DNA of 64,000 nucleotides, from assembly GCA_030681035.1 (NCBI GenBank), contig JAUXUI010000069.1, positions 27,674 through 91,673 on the forward strand, written 5' to 3'. This stretch comes from Lysobacteraceae bacterium. Lineage in GTDB: Bacteria; Pseudomonadota; Gammaproteobacteria; Xanthomonadales; Xanthomonadaceae. The first letter of the stretch is position 1. Each line of letters opens with the position of its first letter. The notes below the pieces were generated by a model. The model saw only the letters and a program-made list of their open reading frames with translations. It ran no database searches and had not been told where the DNA came from. Positions 17,337 to 26,900 of this stretch are shown here, piece by piece. The translations under genes and the position numbers were made by a program.

Positions 17337-19130
17337 TCAGAAGATGACCTCGAATGTGGCATAGAGGTCGTAGGCGTGATCGAGCGGTGCGGTGGTCATC
17401 AATTGCCCGTTCACTTGCGACAGCTTGAGCGGGGCGCCGACCCAGTTGTTGCTGCCGGTGTACTGGAAATCGTAGTACTGCGCGCCGATCCGGAAGAACG
17501 CCTTGGCATCGTGGGACGAGATCGCCTTCTTGTTCAGTTCCAGAATGACGTAGGCGTCGTAGACGTTGCCGCGGGTGCCGACCTTGGAGGTCCAGATGTC
17601 GGCGGCGGCTGGCGCGAAGGTGATCCAGTTCTTGCTGCCGTGGTTGTATTCGAAGCCCAGCTTGGTTCTGGCCGGCAGATTGTAGTCAAGGTCGTAACGC
17701 AGGCCGAGCGAATACGCAGTGCCAGTCTTGCTGCTGGGCGCTTCCGGGCTGAAGAAACCACCGGTCAGCAGACCCTGGAAGCCGAACTGTGCGGAAACAT
17801 TGTCGTTCGGATGGGTGATGCTGCGACCAACTTCGGCGAAGTAGTTGAGGGTGCCCTTGCCCACGTTCTCGAACAAGCCGATGGCGCCGGCGCCCCACCA
17901 TTCGATATCGCCCAGATTGGTCTGCGGCATGGTGTTGCCGAAGAAGGTGTCACGCATCACCGGGGCGTCGAAAATATTGAAGCCACGGTTCCATTGCGTC
18001 CAGATGCGCAGTGGATCGGTGTCGATCGGGACGAACTGGACGCCGAACATGTCGGTGTCTTGCGGCGAGTTGTTGGGCTGGGTGCGGAACCCGGCTTCGA
18101 ATCCTCGGCCATAGCAAAGCTTGAAGTAGGCACCTGGCAGGATTTCGACATCCGGCGCATAGCCCAGCGACATGCCGTCGAAGGCGTAGTCAACCAACAA
18201 TGAGGGCGTGCCGCCGTTGCCCGGACGCCCGGTGTTCTGCTTCAAGTTGCGCGGCACACCGTCCGACGAGGGGCGACGACCGACCGAGAACCAGAGGTCT
18301 TGCCCGGCGATGTTGCTCCAGGTGGCATAGGCCTGATCGACGTTGAGGAAGCCGCTCGACGGGATGTGCCCGAGCGTACCGTCGAATACCCCGACGCGAT
18401 CAGCGAAAAACGGCGCCGCCCCGCCATTGGTGACGGCGCTGGCGTCATTGGCGCCAAACGTCTTGTACATCAGCAGGCGGGTGGTGATCACCACGTTCTG
18501 CGTCGCCTTGATGTGCATGTCGAGGCCGAAGCGGTTGGTGTAAAGCGTCGAGTTCTTCGGCTTGAACGAGGGCACGGTGGCGGCGAAGCCGCCAATCCCT
18601 TGCATCAAGCCGGCGTTCATTGGGTTGGAGACGAAGGCGTTGGCCTGCTCGTAGTTTTCGACGGCTGCCATGTTCTGCGAGAACTGCATCAGCGCGCTCA
18701 ACGCACCGGCGGTGGACAAGCCCATGCCGCCGAAGAATGTGGATGAACCCGGCGCGGTGGACGGATTGGCAAAGAAGTCGGCCTGCAATGCCTGCTGGGT
18801 ATTGTCGAAGGTGGATTTGACGTCGGTGAAGGTGCGGGTCTCGCCCTTGAGATTGTCTACCCGAAACTGGTAATCACCGCCGAGGTCCAGCCATTTGGCG
18901 AGCGATTTGTCCTCGACCTTGTTGATCTTTTTCTGCAATGCTTCGGTTGTCTTGACGTTGGCGTCGCTACGGGTTTTCCCCGCTTCAACCTGGCTCTTGA
19001 GCTCAGCCAGTTCTTTCGCCAATGCCTCGATCTTGCTCAGCAACGCGGCCTCGTCGGCGTGCGCCTGGAGCGGCAGGAAGAACGCGCAAATGCAGGTCGC
19101 GAGGAGTGTTTTCGACAGGGTCTTGTTCAT
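17337..19130 (-). CDS. Large outer-membrane beta-barrel-like protein with N-terminal coiled coil (DUF3373-like)
   Basis: Start at MNKTLSKTLLATCICAFFLPLQAHA (signal peptide). A coiled coil follows (LLSKIEALAKELAELKSQVEAG...KKINKVEDK). The rest is alternating aromatic/Gly-rich sequence ending in ...YDLYATFEVIF, a C-terminal Phe typical of OMPs. Confidence 0.6.
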   Translation of the reverse strand: MNKTLSKTLLATCICAFFLPLQAHADEAALLSKIEALAKELAELKSQVEAGKTRSDANVKTTEALQKKINKVEDKSLAKWLDLGGDYQFRVDNLKGETRTFTDVKSTFDNTQQALQADFFANPSTAPGSSTFFGGMGLSTAGALSALMQFSQNMAAVENYEQANAFVSNPMNAGLMQGIGGFAATVPSFKPKNSTLYTNRFGLDMHIKATQNVVITTRLLMYKTFGANDASAVTNGGAAPFFADRVGVFDGTLGHIPSSGFLNVDQAYATWSNIAGQDLWFSVGRRPSSDGVPRNLKQNTGRPGNGGTPSLLVDYAFDGMSLGYAPDVEILPGAYFKLCYGRGFEAGFRTQPNNSPQDTDMFGVQFVPIDTDPLRIWTQWNRGFNIFDAPVMRDTFFGNTMPQTNLGDIEWWGAGAIGLFENVGKGTLNYFAEVGRSITHPNDNVSAQFGFQGLLTGGFFSPEAPSSKTGTAYSLGLRYDLDYNLPARTKLGFEYNHGSKNWITFAPAAADIWTSKVGTRGNVYDAYVILELNKKAISSHDAKAFFRIGAQYYDFQYTGSNNWVGAPLKLSQVNGQLMTTAPLDHAYDLYATFEVIF

Positions 19131-19176
19131 GACGATCTCCATGGTTTGAACTGAAAAATCAGCGCGCACCGATCGC

Positions 19177-19785
19177 TCAGGGCGCGGTATGGTCTTTGCC
19201 GTCGTCTTCCCAGCCGGTGAGCATGGCCTTGAGCTGGGCGGTGGGCGTGTGGCCGGTGGTGATGAGGTAGAGGTGGGCGATCAGGAACGTGAGCATCAGG
19301 AAGGCGCCAACGGTGTGCAGCAGGGCGATGGTTGCAAGGTTGGGATTCAAGCCGGCGGCGGCCAGTTCGTTGTAGTACAGGTAGGCCAGCCCGGACGCCC
19401 AGAGCAGCGGATTGATCAGCACCTTGATGCCGAGATAGGCCTGCGCCTGCAACGGGTTGTGCTTGTGCGCGCGGGTGATCGCGAACGGGTGCGGTTCGCC
19501 GCGGAAGATGCCCAGCGCGTAGTAGCGGATGATCGGGCCGACGTTGTTCAGGGTCGGGATGTATTGCCGCCATTCGCCGCTGGTGAAATGCCAGAAGATG
19601 GCGAATAGCCACAGCGTGATCAGCGCCCACGCGGCGGTGGTATGCACGGTGTGCGCCTGCTCAAAACCGAGCAGCTGGTAGCTGCCGTGGATTTCGAAAC
19701 CGGTGACCAGCATGGCGATGATCAACAGTGCCTGCGACCAGTGCCAGAAGCGTTCGAAGCGTTCGAAAATATAGATGCGTGCCAT
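19177..19785 (-). CDS. Membrane di-heme cytochrome b (PhsC / FdnI-like, cytochrome b561 bacterial family)
   Basis: RFERFWHWSQALLIIAMLVTGFEIHG. About four TM helices with conserved His residues (HWSQA, HTVHTT, HFTSGEW, LHTVGAF..HLY). Confidence 0.8.
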   Translation of the reverse strand: MARIYIFERFERFWHWSQALLIIAMLVTGFEIHGSYQLLGFEQAHTVHTTAAWALITLWLFAIFWHFTSGEWRQYIPTLNNVGPIIRYYALGIFRGEPHPFAITRAHKHNPLQAQAYLGIKVLINPLLWASGLAYLYYNELAAAGLNPNLATIALLHTVGAFLMLTFLIAHLYLITTGHTPTAQLKAMLTGWEDDGKDHTAP

Positions 19786-19800
19786 GACCTTGCTCCTTTG

Positions 19801-21405
19801 TCAGTGCTTGCGGCGGGCGATGCGTACGGCGCCGTGCAGCAGCACCACGGCAAGGGTGATGGCTGCCAGCAGCCAGCCGAGCCGATCAAGCAGCGGGTTG
19901 TGATCGCGGCCCGGGATATGGATGCCTTCCACCTGGTCCAGCCGTCCGCCACGGACGTGGCAGTCGTTGCAGGCGAGTGCCTGTTCCTTGGGCGCAACCA
20001 TGTGCGTGATTGGCCACTGCGAGATGGTTTCGATGAAATCGACCTTGCCGGAGAATGGCCGGTTGGCTGTGGCCATGCCGGCGCCTATCGCCTTCTCCCA
20101 GTCGAGATTGGTCCAGTAGCCGGTATCGTCATGGCCGTAAAGGTGGGTCACCACCAGCGACTTGCTGACCGGATCGAACGGCTGTTTGCCACGGAAGGTC
20201 TTGATCGGCCAGATCATCGATTTGCCGTCGCTGGCGCTGCCTTCGAAGCGGTTGATGTAAATCGGCTGCTGCGCGGTGTCGAGTTCATCGCCGATCAAGG
20301 TGTACTTCACCGTGCCGTTGAACCAGACGTAGTCGGGCGTGACGTTTTCCGCCAGCACGAAATCGCCCTTGCTGCCGACGTAGGTGACGTAGCTGTCGTC
20401 GTCGGTGATCTCCAGCGGTTCGCCGTCGCTGCCACGCTTGCCGGCGGTGGACCAGTCCCAGACCATCCGGGTGGGCACATCGCCACGCGCGAACGCCGGG
20501 ATGTGGCAGGTCTGGCAGGCCACGATATCGGTGTGGTCGTTGAGCTTTGCGTGGTTCTTGTGGGGCACCTGACCGTGGCAGGCCTGGCAGGTGGCAGGGT
20601 TGCCAGCGCCGGCCTTGCCGCGCAGGTGCGCGTCACCCGGGTCCATGGCGGTCGGTGCATAACGGCTGCCCGGCACCTGATGCCCTTCAGTCTGGTGGCA
20701 GGTGGCGCAGGAGAAGTTGTTGCCATCCACATCCATGTGTACATCGAGCGCATGGTCGGGGGCATCCAGCGAACTGTCGAGATCGCCGTGTTTCACGCCA
20801 TCGCCGCCGCCGCCGTAGAAATGGCAGGCGCCGCAGTTCTCGCGACGGGTTTTGCCAACCTTTTGCGCAATCTCGCGCAGATTGATGCCGCGAATGATCT
20901 TGCCCGAATGCGGCGGGTATTCGGTGTTCACGGTGACGACATCGCCGGCGAAGCCGAGCGGCTTGCGGTACTTGCCGGTGTTGTCATGGCAGACCAGGCA
21001 ATCGACCTTCTCTTCCGCGCTGAAATCGAAGCTGTCGTCCTTCATGCCGTAGCCGATGTGGCAGCTCGCGCAGTCGGCGAGGTTCGATGCCGCCGAGGTA
21101 CAGAAGTTGTTGATGACGTGGCGCTTGCCAAGCAGTTGCCCGGTATCGGGGTTGCGATATTCCCAGTTCCAGTGCTGCGTCTTGTGGATCTGCTTGGCGG
21201 CCTCGGTATGACAGACCAGGCAGGCCTTGGTGACATCCGGGCCGGACTGGAAGTCCTTGTTCAACTCCGCGAACTTGCCGTGATCAGCGGTTGAATCCGC
21301 AACCTTGTCCGCATCCTGCGCAGCTGCGGCGCTGGATGCGAACCCCGCACCTGCGATGAGTGCCATGGCGGTGATGATCGCCAGTACGCGCTTGGACGTG
21401 TTCAT
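19801..21405 (-). CDS. Octaheme c-type cytochrome (tetrathionate-reductase/OTR-like family) with C-terminal TM anchor
   Basis: Signal peptide. Eight CxxCH motifs: CLVCH, CASCH, CLVCH, CGACH, CATCH, CQACH, CQTCH, CNDCH. C-terminal hydrophobic helix LGWLLAAITLAVVLLHGAVRIARRKH. Confidence 0.85.
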   Translation of the reverse strand: MNTSKRVLAIITAMALIAGAGFASSAAAAQDADKVADSTADHGKFAELNKDFQSGPDVTKACLVCHTEAAKQIHKTQHWNWEYRNPDTGQLLGKRHVINNFCTSAASNLADCASCHIGYGMKDDSFDFSAEEKVDCLVCHDNTGKYRKPLGFAGDVVTVNTEYPPHSGKIIRGINLREIAQKVGKTRRENCGACHFYGGGGDGVKHGDLDSSLDAPDHALDVHMDVDGNNFSCATCHQTEGHQVPGSRYAPTAMDPGDAHLRGKAGAGNPATCQACHGQVPHKNHAKLNDHTDIVACQTCHIPAFARGDVPTRMVWDWSTAGKRGSDGEPLEITDDDSYVTYVGSKGDFVLAENVTPDYVWFNGTVKYTLIGDELDTAQQPIYINRFEGSASDGKSMIWPIKTFRGKQPFDPVSKSLVVTHLYGHDDTGYWTNLDWEKAIGAGMATANRPFSGKVDFIETISQWPITHMVAPKEQALACNDCHVRGGRLDQVEGIHIPGRDHNPLLDRLGWLLAAITLAVVLLHGAVRIARRKH

Positions 21406-21486
21406 GACGCCTCCTGATTCGAAATCGTCGGACCAGGCTGCGTGCGGGAAGGAAATCAGTTAATGAAGGGTCGGCAGCACGGTCGA

Positions 21487-21535
21487 TGGATATATATTAG
21501 ACCGTACTAAATTAGAAAGAATTGATGTAAATCAA
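21487..21535 (-). promoter_or_regulatory. Class II FNR/ANR-type promoter of the cytochrome operon
   Basis: Perfect FNR consensus TTGAT-GTAA-ATCAA at 21522-21535. A TAATAT -10 hexamer (minus strand, 21499-21494) is centred about 32 bp downstream, as in class II FNR promoters. Confidence 0.55.
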
Positions 21536-21793
21536 TTTTGCTGCGCCGCCGCATCGACGCGGGCTTTTTCGTACTGGTGCGGACCGTGCCGCGAGTGCAT
21601 GGCAACGCCATGGGCAGATATTTTGCGTCGTGCAAAATCTGCATTCCCCGCATCCTTGTGGGTCATGCCGGCGAACGCGCTTGCGCAGAGCCGTAACCCG
21701 TGACCGCGTTGTGGTTACGGTGCGGCCAAGCCAATCACGGCATTGCCATCGCTCGCAGCGGGCTTCGGCAAGCGTGAGTTGGTGCGACGGCGA

Positions 21794-22144
21794 TTATCCC
21801 TTGGCGGGCTTGCAAACGCTGCCGGCGCCGTCCTCACAGAAGATGCGATGCAAGGTCGCCATGATCTGTTGCGCCGGGCCATCGGCGAGGGCGTAGTAGA
21901 TGGTCTGCGCATCGCGGCGGGTGCTGACCAGGCCATCGCTGCGCAACAGCGCAAGGTGTTGCGACAGCGCCGATTGGCTGAGGTCGAGTTCGGTGTTGAG
22001 TTCACCGACCGAATGCTCGCCTTCGGCCAGCAGGCACAGCACCATCAGCCGCGATTCGTTGGCCAATGCTTTGAGCAGACGGGTGGCGTCGCCGGCATGT
22101 GCGCGCATGGCCGCAGGGTTCAAGGCAAGATTCTTCAGTGGCAT
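21794..22144 (-). CDS. ArsR/SmtB family regulator, BigR/SqrR-like (candidate persulfide sensor)
   Basis: Start MPLKNLAL... LLKALANESRLMVLCLLAEGEHSVGEL......SQSALSQHLALLRSDGLV. Cys in the MVLCLL helix plus C-terminal Cys residues (RIFCEDGAGSVC). The rest of track ORF 21794-22531 is spurious. Confidence 0.8.
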   Translation of the reverse strand: MPLKNLALNPAAMRAHAGDATRLLKALANESRLMVLCLLAEGEHSVGELNTELDLSQSALSQHLALLRSDGLVSTRRDAQTIYYALADGPAQQIMATLHRIFCEDGAGSVCKPAKG

Positions 22145-22151
22145 CGCCAGG

Positions 22152-22556
22152 TCAACTGGCAACGACCGGCAGGCCGGCGGCAGTCCACGCATCGATGCCA
22201 CCGCTGATCGAACGCACCTGGGTGAAGCCCATATTCTGCAACGCCACTGCCGCCAGTGCAGCGCGGCCGCCACTGCGGCAATAGACCAGCACCTCGCGTT
22301 CGCGCTCGGCCAGCGCCGGGTTGGTGCTGCAAGCCATGGCGGGGTGGGCTTCGACCTGAAACTCCAATACCCCGCGCGGGATGTTGATCGCACCTTGCAG
22401 ATGCGCGGTGGCGAACTCGCCGGGTTCGCGCACGTCGAGCAGCACCGGCGGTGCCGGCGGTGCCGGCTGCGCCAGTTCGGACGCCACCGCAGCGGGAGCA
22501 ATTTCAGTGATCTGTTGACGGGCAGCGGCAACCAGTTCTTTGGCAGTGATGGGCAT
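22152..22556 (-). CDS. Rhodanese-domain sulfurtransferase
   Basis: LLDVREPGEFATAHLQGAINIPRG...VLVYCRSGGRAALAAVALQNMGF..V.SISGGIDAW, with the active-site loop CRSGGR. Confidence 0.85.
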   Translation of the reverse strand: MPITAKELVAAARQQITEIAPAAVASELAQPAPPAPPVLLDVREPGEFATAHLQGAINIPRGVLEFQVEAHPAMACSTNPALAEREREVLVYCRSGGRAALAAVALQNMGFTQVRSISGGIDAWTAAGLPVVAS

Positions 22557-22572
22557 GAGGCCTCCGGCTTGA

Positions 22573-22600
22573 CTTTATGTTAGGCAAGACTAATATAAAG
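22573..22600. promoter_or_regulatory. Candidate operator in the divergent rhodanese-arsR / DUF2892-RND promoter region
   Basis: Inverted repeat CTTTATGTTAG-gcaaga-CTAATATAAAG: 11-bp arms, 1 mismatch. Confidence 0.35.
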
Positions 22601-22634
22601 AGTGTTGCATAAATGTCAACTGCGGAGGTTGGTC

Positions 22635-22838
22635 ATGAATCGTGATCGTGCGGTGCTGGCGTTTGCCGGCGTGATGGTGTTGCTCAGTGTGGTGCTGGCG
22701 CATTGGGTGTCGTCGTGGTGGTTGCTGCTGACGGTGTTTGTCGGCCTGAACCTGCTGCAATCGGCGTTCAGTGGATGGTGCCCGGCGGCTAAAGTGTTTG
22801 CGGCGTTGGGTGTCAAGCCGGGGAATGCCTTCCGATGA
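22635..22838 (+). CDS. DUF2892 (YgaP C-terminal-like) small membrane protein
   Basis: MNRDRAVLAFAGVMVLLSVVLA....WWLLLTVFVGLNLLQSAFSGWCPAAKVF is the typical two-TM DUF2892 pattern. Confidence 0.7.
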   Translation: MNRDRAVLAFAGVMVLLSVVLAHWVSSWWLLLTVFVGLNLLQSAFSGWCPAAKVFAALGVKPGNAFR

Positions 22839-23902
22839 AGACCCTGCGGCGGGCGACGGGCTTGGCTTTGCTGTGGGCGCTGGCCGGTTGTGGCAGCACG
22901 GCGCCTGAGATTCCGGTAGCAACGGCTTCGCCGGCGCTGGCCGAGCTGACGGTGCAGCCGGAAACCGCGCCGCGCGAGCGCATCTGGGATGGCGTGGTCG
23001 AAGCGGTGAACCAGGCCACCTTGTCGGCACAAACCGGTGGCCGGGTGCTGGAACTGCCCTACGATGTCAACGATTACGTGCCAGCCGGTGCGGTGGTGGT
23101 GCGCTTCACCGCCGTGGAGCAGCAATCCGGGCAACGCCGTGCGCAGGCCGGGCTGGCAGCGGCGCAAGCGGCGGCCACCGAGGCCGAGGCCAATTATCAA
23201 CGCATCGCCGAAGTGTTTGCGAAAAAACTGGTGGCACGCGCGCAACTCGATCAAGCCACGGCGCAGCGTGATGCCGCGCGCGCGGCGTTGGAGTCAGCAC
23301 GTGCAGCGGTGCGCGAGGCTGGCGAGCAGGTCGATTACACCGTCATCCGCGCGCCGTATTCGGGCATCCTCACCCAGCGCCATGTTGAACTGGGCGAAAC
23401 GGTGCGGCCCGGCCAGCCATTGGTGTCCGGGCTCTCCCTCAATCAATTGCGGGTGAACGTGGAGATACCGCAAAGCGACATGCTGGCAGTGCGCGAGCAC
23501 GACAAGGCGTCGGTGCTGCTGGCCGACGGCAAGCGCTTGGCTGCCGAGCGCATGGTGGTATTTCCGTTCGCCGACCCCGCCAGCCACAGCTTCAAGGTGC
23601 GCCTGGAATTGCCCGATGCGGAAACCGGCCTGCAACCGGGCATGACGGTGAAGGCAGCGTTTGTGATCGGCGCGGCCGAGCGCCTGCTGCTGCCGCTGAG
23701 TGCGCTGGTGCGGCGCAGCGAAATTTCCGGCGTGTATGTGCTTGGCGAACACGGCCCGCAACTGCGGCAGTTGCGGCTGGGCCATCGTTACGGCGAGCGC
23801 GTGGAAGTGCTGGCCGGGCTAGATGCAGGTGAGCGCATTGCGCTCGATCCCAATGCCGCACGGCTGGCGCTGGTTGCCTTGCGGGAGCCGCTACATGAGT
23901 GA
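22835..23902 (+). CDS. RND efflux periplasmic adaptor (membrane fusion) lipoprotein
   Basis: Lipobox LWALAGC. Coiled-coil and barrel-sandwich motifs (YTVIRAPYSGILTQRHVELGETV). Confidence 0.85.
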   Translation: MKTLRRATGLALLWALAGCGSTAPEIPVATASPALAELTVQPETAPRERIWDGVVEAVNQATLSAQTGGRVLELPYDVNDYVPAGAVVVRFTAVEQQSGQRRAQAGLAAAQAAATEAEANYQRIAEVFAKKLVARAQLDQATAQRDAARAALESARAAVREAGEQVDYTVIRAPYSGILTQRHVELGETVRPGQPLVSGLSLNQLRVNVEIPQSDMLAVREHDKASVLLADGKRLAAERMVVFPFADPASHSFKVRLELPDAETGLQPGMTVKAAFVIGAAERLLLPLSALVRRSEISGVYVLGEHGPQLRQLRLGHRYGERVEVLAGLDAGERIALDPNAARLALVALREPLHE

Positions 23903-26900
23903 GCACCTCGGCTTCTCCGGGCGTATTGCGCGGGCGTTTCAGGGTAATCCGCTGACGCCGGTGCTGGCGCTGGCCGGGCTGTTGCTGGGGCTGGCGGCGG
24001 TTCTGGTGACGCCGCGCGAGGAGGAGCCACAGATCGATGTGACCATGGCCAACGTGACGGTGCCATTCCCCGGTGCCAGCGTCGAGGATGTCGAAAACCT
24101 GGTCAGCTACCCGCTGGAGCAGGTGCTTGCGGAAATCGAAGGCGTGCGTCATGTGTATTCGGCGAGCCGCCCCGGCGTGGCGGCGATCACTGTCGAGTTC
24201 CAGGTGGGCGTACCACGGCAGACCGCGATCGTGCGGCTGTACAACCAGGTTTATGCCAACGCCGACTGGGCACCGCCCGGGCTCGGTGTCGGCCAGCCGC
24301 TGGTGCAGCCGATGGGCATCGACGATGTGCCGGTGATGGCGCTGACCTTGTGGACCGAAGACGGCGCACGCGGCGCTACCGAACTGGCTGAAGTGGCGCA
24401 CACGCTGGAGAGTGAACTCAAGCGCGTGCCCGGCACCCGCGATGTCTACACCATTGGCGCGCCGGATCGTGCGGTGCTGGTGCAACTGGATGCTGCGCGA
24501 CTGGCGGCGTATGGGCTGGCCACAGAAGACCTGGTCGGCGCGCTGCGCGCCGCCAATGTGGTTACCCAGGCCGGTGAGCGCATCGGTGCCGAGGGCGTGG
24601 TGCCGGTCACCGCTGGCACCTTCCTCGCCGATGCCGATGAAGTGGCGGAGCTGGTGATCGGGCTGCATCAGGGCAAGCCGGTTTACCTCAGCGACGTGGC
24701 ACAGGTGACGCGTGGAGCCGATTTGCCCACGCAATATGTCTGGCACGGCGCGCCGGCGAAGCGTGTCGGCCCGGCTGGGATTGCCCCGGCAGTAACCCTG
24801 GCGGTTGCCAAACAACCGGGCCGCAATGCCGCCGACATCACCCGCGCGATCACGCAGCGGATGCAGGCGTTGCGCGGCAGCCTGATCCCGCAAGGGGTGC
24901 AATACACCATCACCCGCGATTACGGCCAGACCGCCACCGACAAAGCCGAAAAGCTGATCCACAAGCTGATCTTCGCTACCTCGGCGGTGGTGTTGCTAAT
25001 GCTGGTGGCACTGGGCTGGCGCGAGGCGGTGATTGTCGGCACTGCGGTGGTGGTGACCCTGGCGCTGACCTTGTTCGCGTCATGGGCGATGGGCTTCACA
25101 CTCAACCGGGTATCGCTGTTTGCGCTGATCTTTGCGATCGGCATTCTGGTCGACGATGCCATCGTGGTGGTCGAAAACATTCACCGCCACCTGCGTGCGG
25201 GTGCGCGCAGTTTGCACGAGGCGATTGCACCGGCGGTGGACGAGGTGGGCGGGCCGACCATTCTGGCCACGTTTACGGTGATCGCGGCGTTGCTGCCGAT
25301 GGCTTTCGTCAGTGGCCTGATGGGCCCGTACATGCGCCCGATTCCGATCAATGCCAGCGTCGGCATGCTGCTGAGTCTGGTGGTGGCGCTGGTGCTGACG
25401 CCGTGGCTGTCGGCGCACTTGCTGGCTGGCGCCGGCGCCCATGCGAGCCCCTCTCCCTCTGGGGAGACAACGCACGGCTTGCGCGCCATTGGCGCGCGTG
25501 CGCTGGAGCGCCTGCGCCGCTGGCGCAGGCCGGGGCGCGAAGCGGGGGTTGGGGTGAGGGTTCAGGCTAAGCGCACCGCTACTGCGTCCCCGGACCCTCA
25601 CCCCCAGCCCCTCTCCCGAGGGGAGAGGGGGGCAAAGCCGGCGTTGTCCGGTATGGTTTCGCGATTCTTCGAACGCCTGCTGCGGCCGTTTCTGGATGTT
25701 CGCGCGGGCGCTCGTCGCCGCCGCTGGCTGTTCGCCGGTGTGGGCGCGCTGGTGCTGCTGGCCGCGGGGCTGGTGGCGGTGCAGGCGGTGGTGTTGAAGA
25801 TGCTGCCGTTCGACAACAAGAGCGAATTCCAGGTGGTGGTAGACCTGCCCGAAGGCAGCACGCTGGAAGACACCAACGCACTGCTGGCGCAACTGGCGAC
25901 GGCGCTGGATGACGTGCCCGAAGTGCGTGATTACCAGGCCTACGCCGGCACCTCGGCGCCGATGACCTTCAACGGGCTGGTGCGGCAGTACTACCTGCGC
26001 CGCGGCGCCAACGTCGGCGACTTGCAGGTGAACCTGCTCGATGCGCAGCAGCGCAGCCGCCAGAGCCATGTCATTGCCCAGGCGGTGCGGCCGGTGCTGG
26101 CGGAAATTGGCAGCAGGGCAGGGGCCTCGGTAAAAGTGGTGGAAGTGCCACCCGGGCCACCGGTGATGGCACCGATCGTGGCCGAGGTGTACGCGCCCAC
26201 CGCTGCCGATGCGCGCGCCGTTGCCAGCGCGTTGCGCGAGCGCTTCGTCGCCACCGACGGCATCGTCGATATCGACACCAGCATGGAGGCCGATTCAGCG
26301 CGCGAGATCGTGGTGGTGGATCGCGCCCGCGCCGCGCATCTGGGCATCAGCCAGGCCAGCATCGCGCAGACCCTGCAACTGGCGTTGAGCGGTTTTGATG
26401 CCACCTATTTGCGCGATGGCGCGTCCAAGTACGCGGTGCCGCTGCGCCTGCGGCTGCCCGCTGGCGATCAGGCCAGCATGGATGGCTTGCTGGCACTGCG
26501 CGTGCGTGCCGGCGATGGCGGCTTGGTGCCGTTGTCGGAATTGGTGCAGGTGCAGCGCGCCGGTTGGGAAGGCGCAATCCTGCACAAGGATCTGCTGCCG
26601 GTGGCGTACGTCACCGGCGATGAGGCCGGTGCCAGCGACAGCCCGCTGTATGGCATGTTCAATCTGGTTGGGCAGTTGCGCGATGCGTCGCTGGCCGGCC
26701 ATCGCATCGACCAGCACTTCATCGCGCAGCCGCTGCGCAGCGATGCGTTCGCGGTGAAATGGGATGGCGAGTGGCAGATCACCTACGAAACCTTCCGCGA
26801 CATGGGCATCGCCTACGCGGTGGGCCTGGTGCTGATCTACCTGCTGGTAGTAGCGCAGTTCCGCAGTTATCTGACGCCGCTGGTGATCATGGCGCCGATC

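Noticed and set aside
16568-17362. Upstream 265 codons of the 372-aa ORF 16244-17362
   Set aside because: Only the last ~107 codons are MazF-like. The rest overlaps mazE and the secreted-protein gene in other frames and is Arg/Pro-rich.
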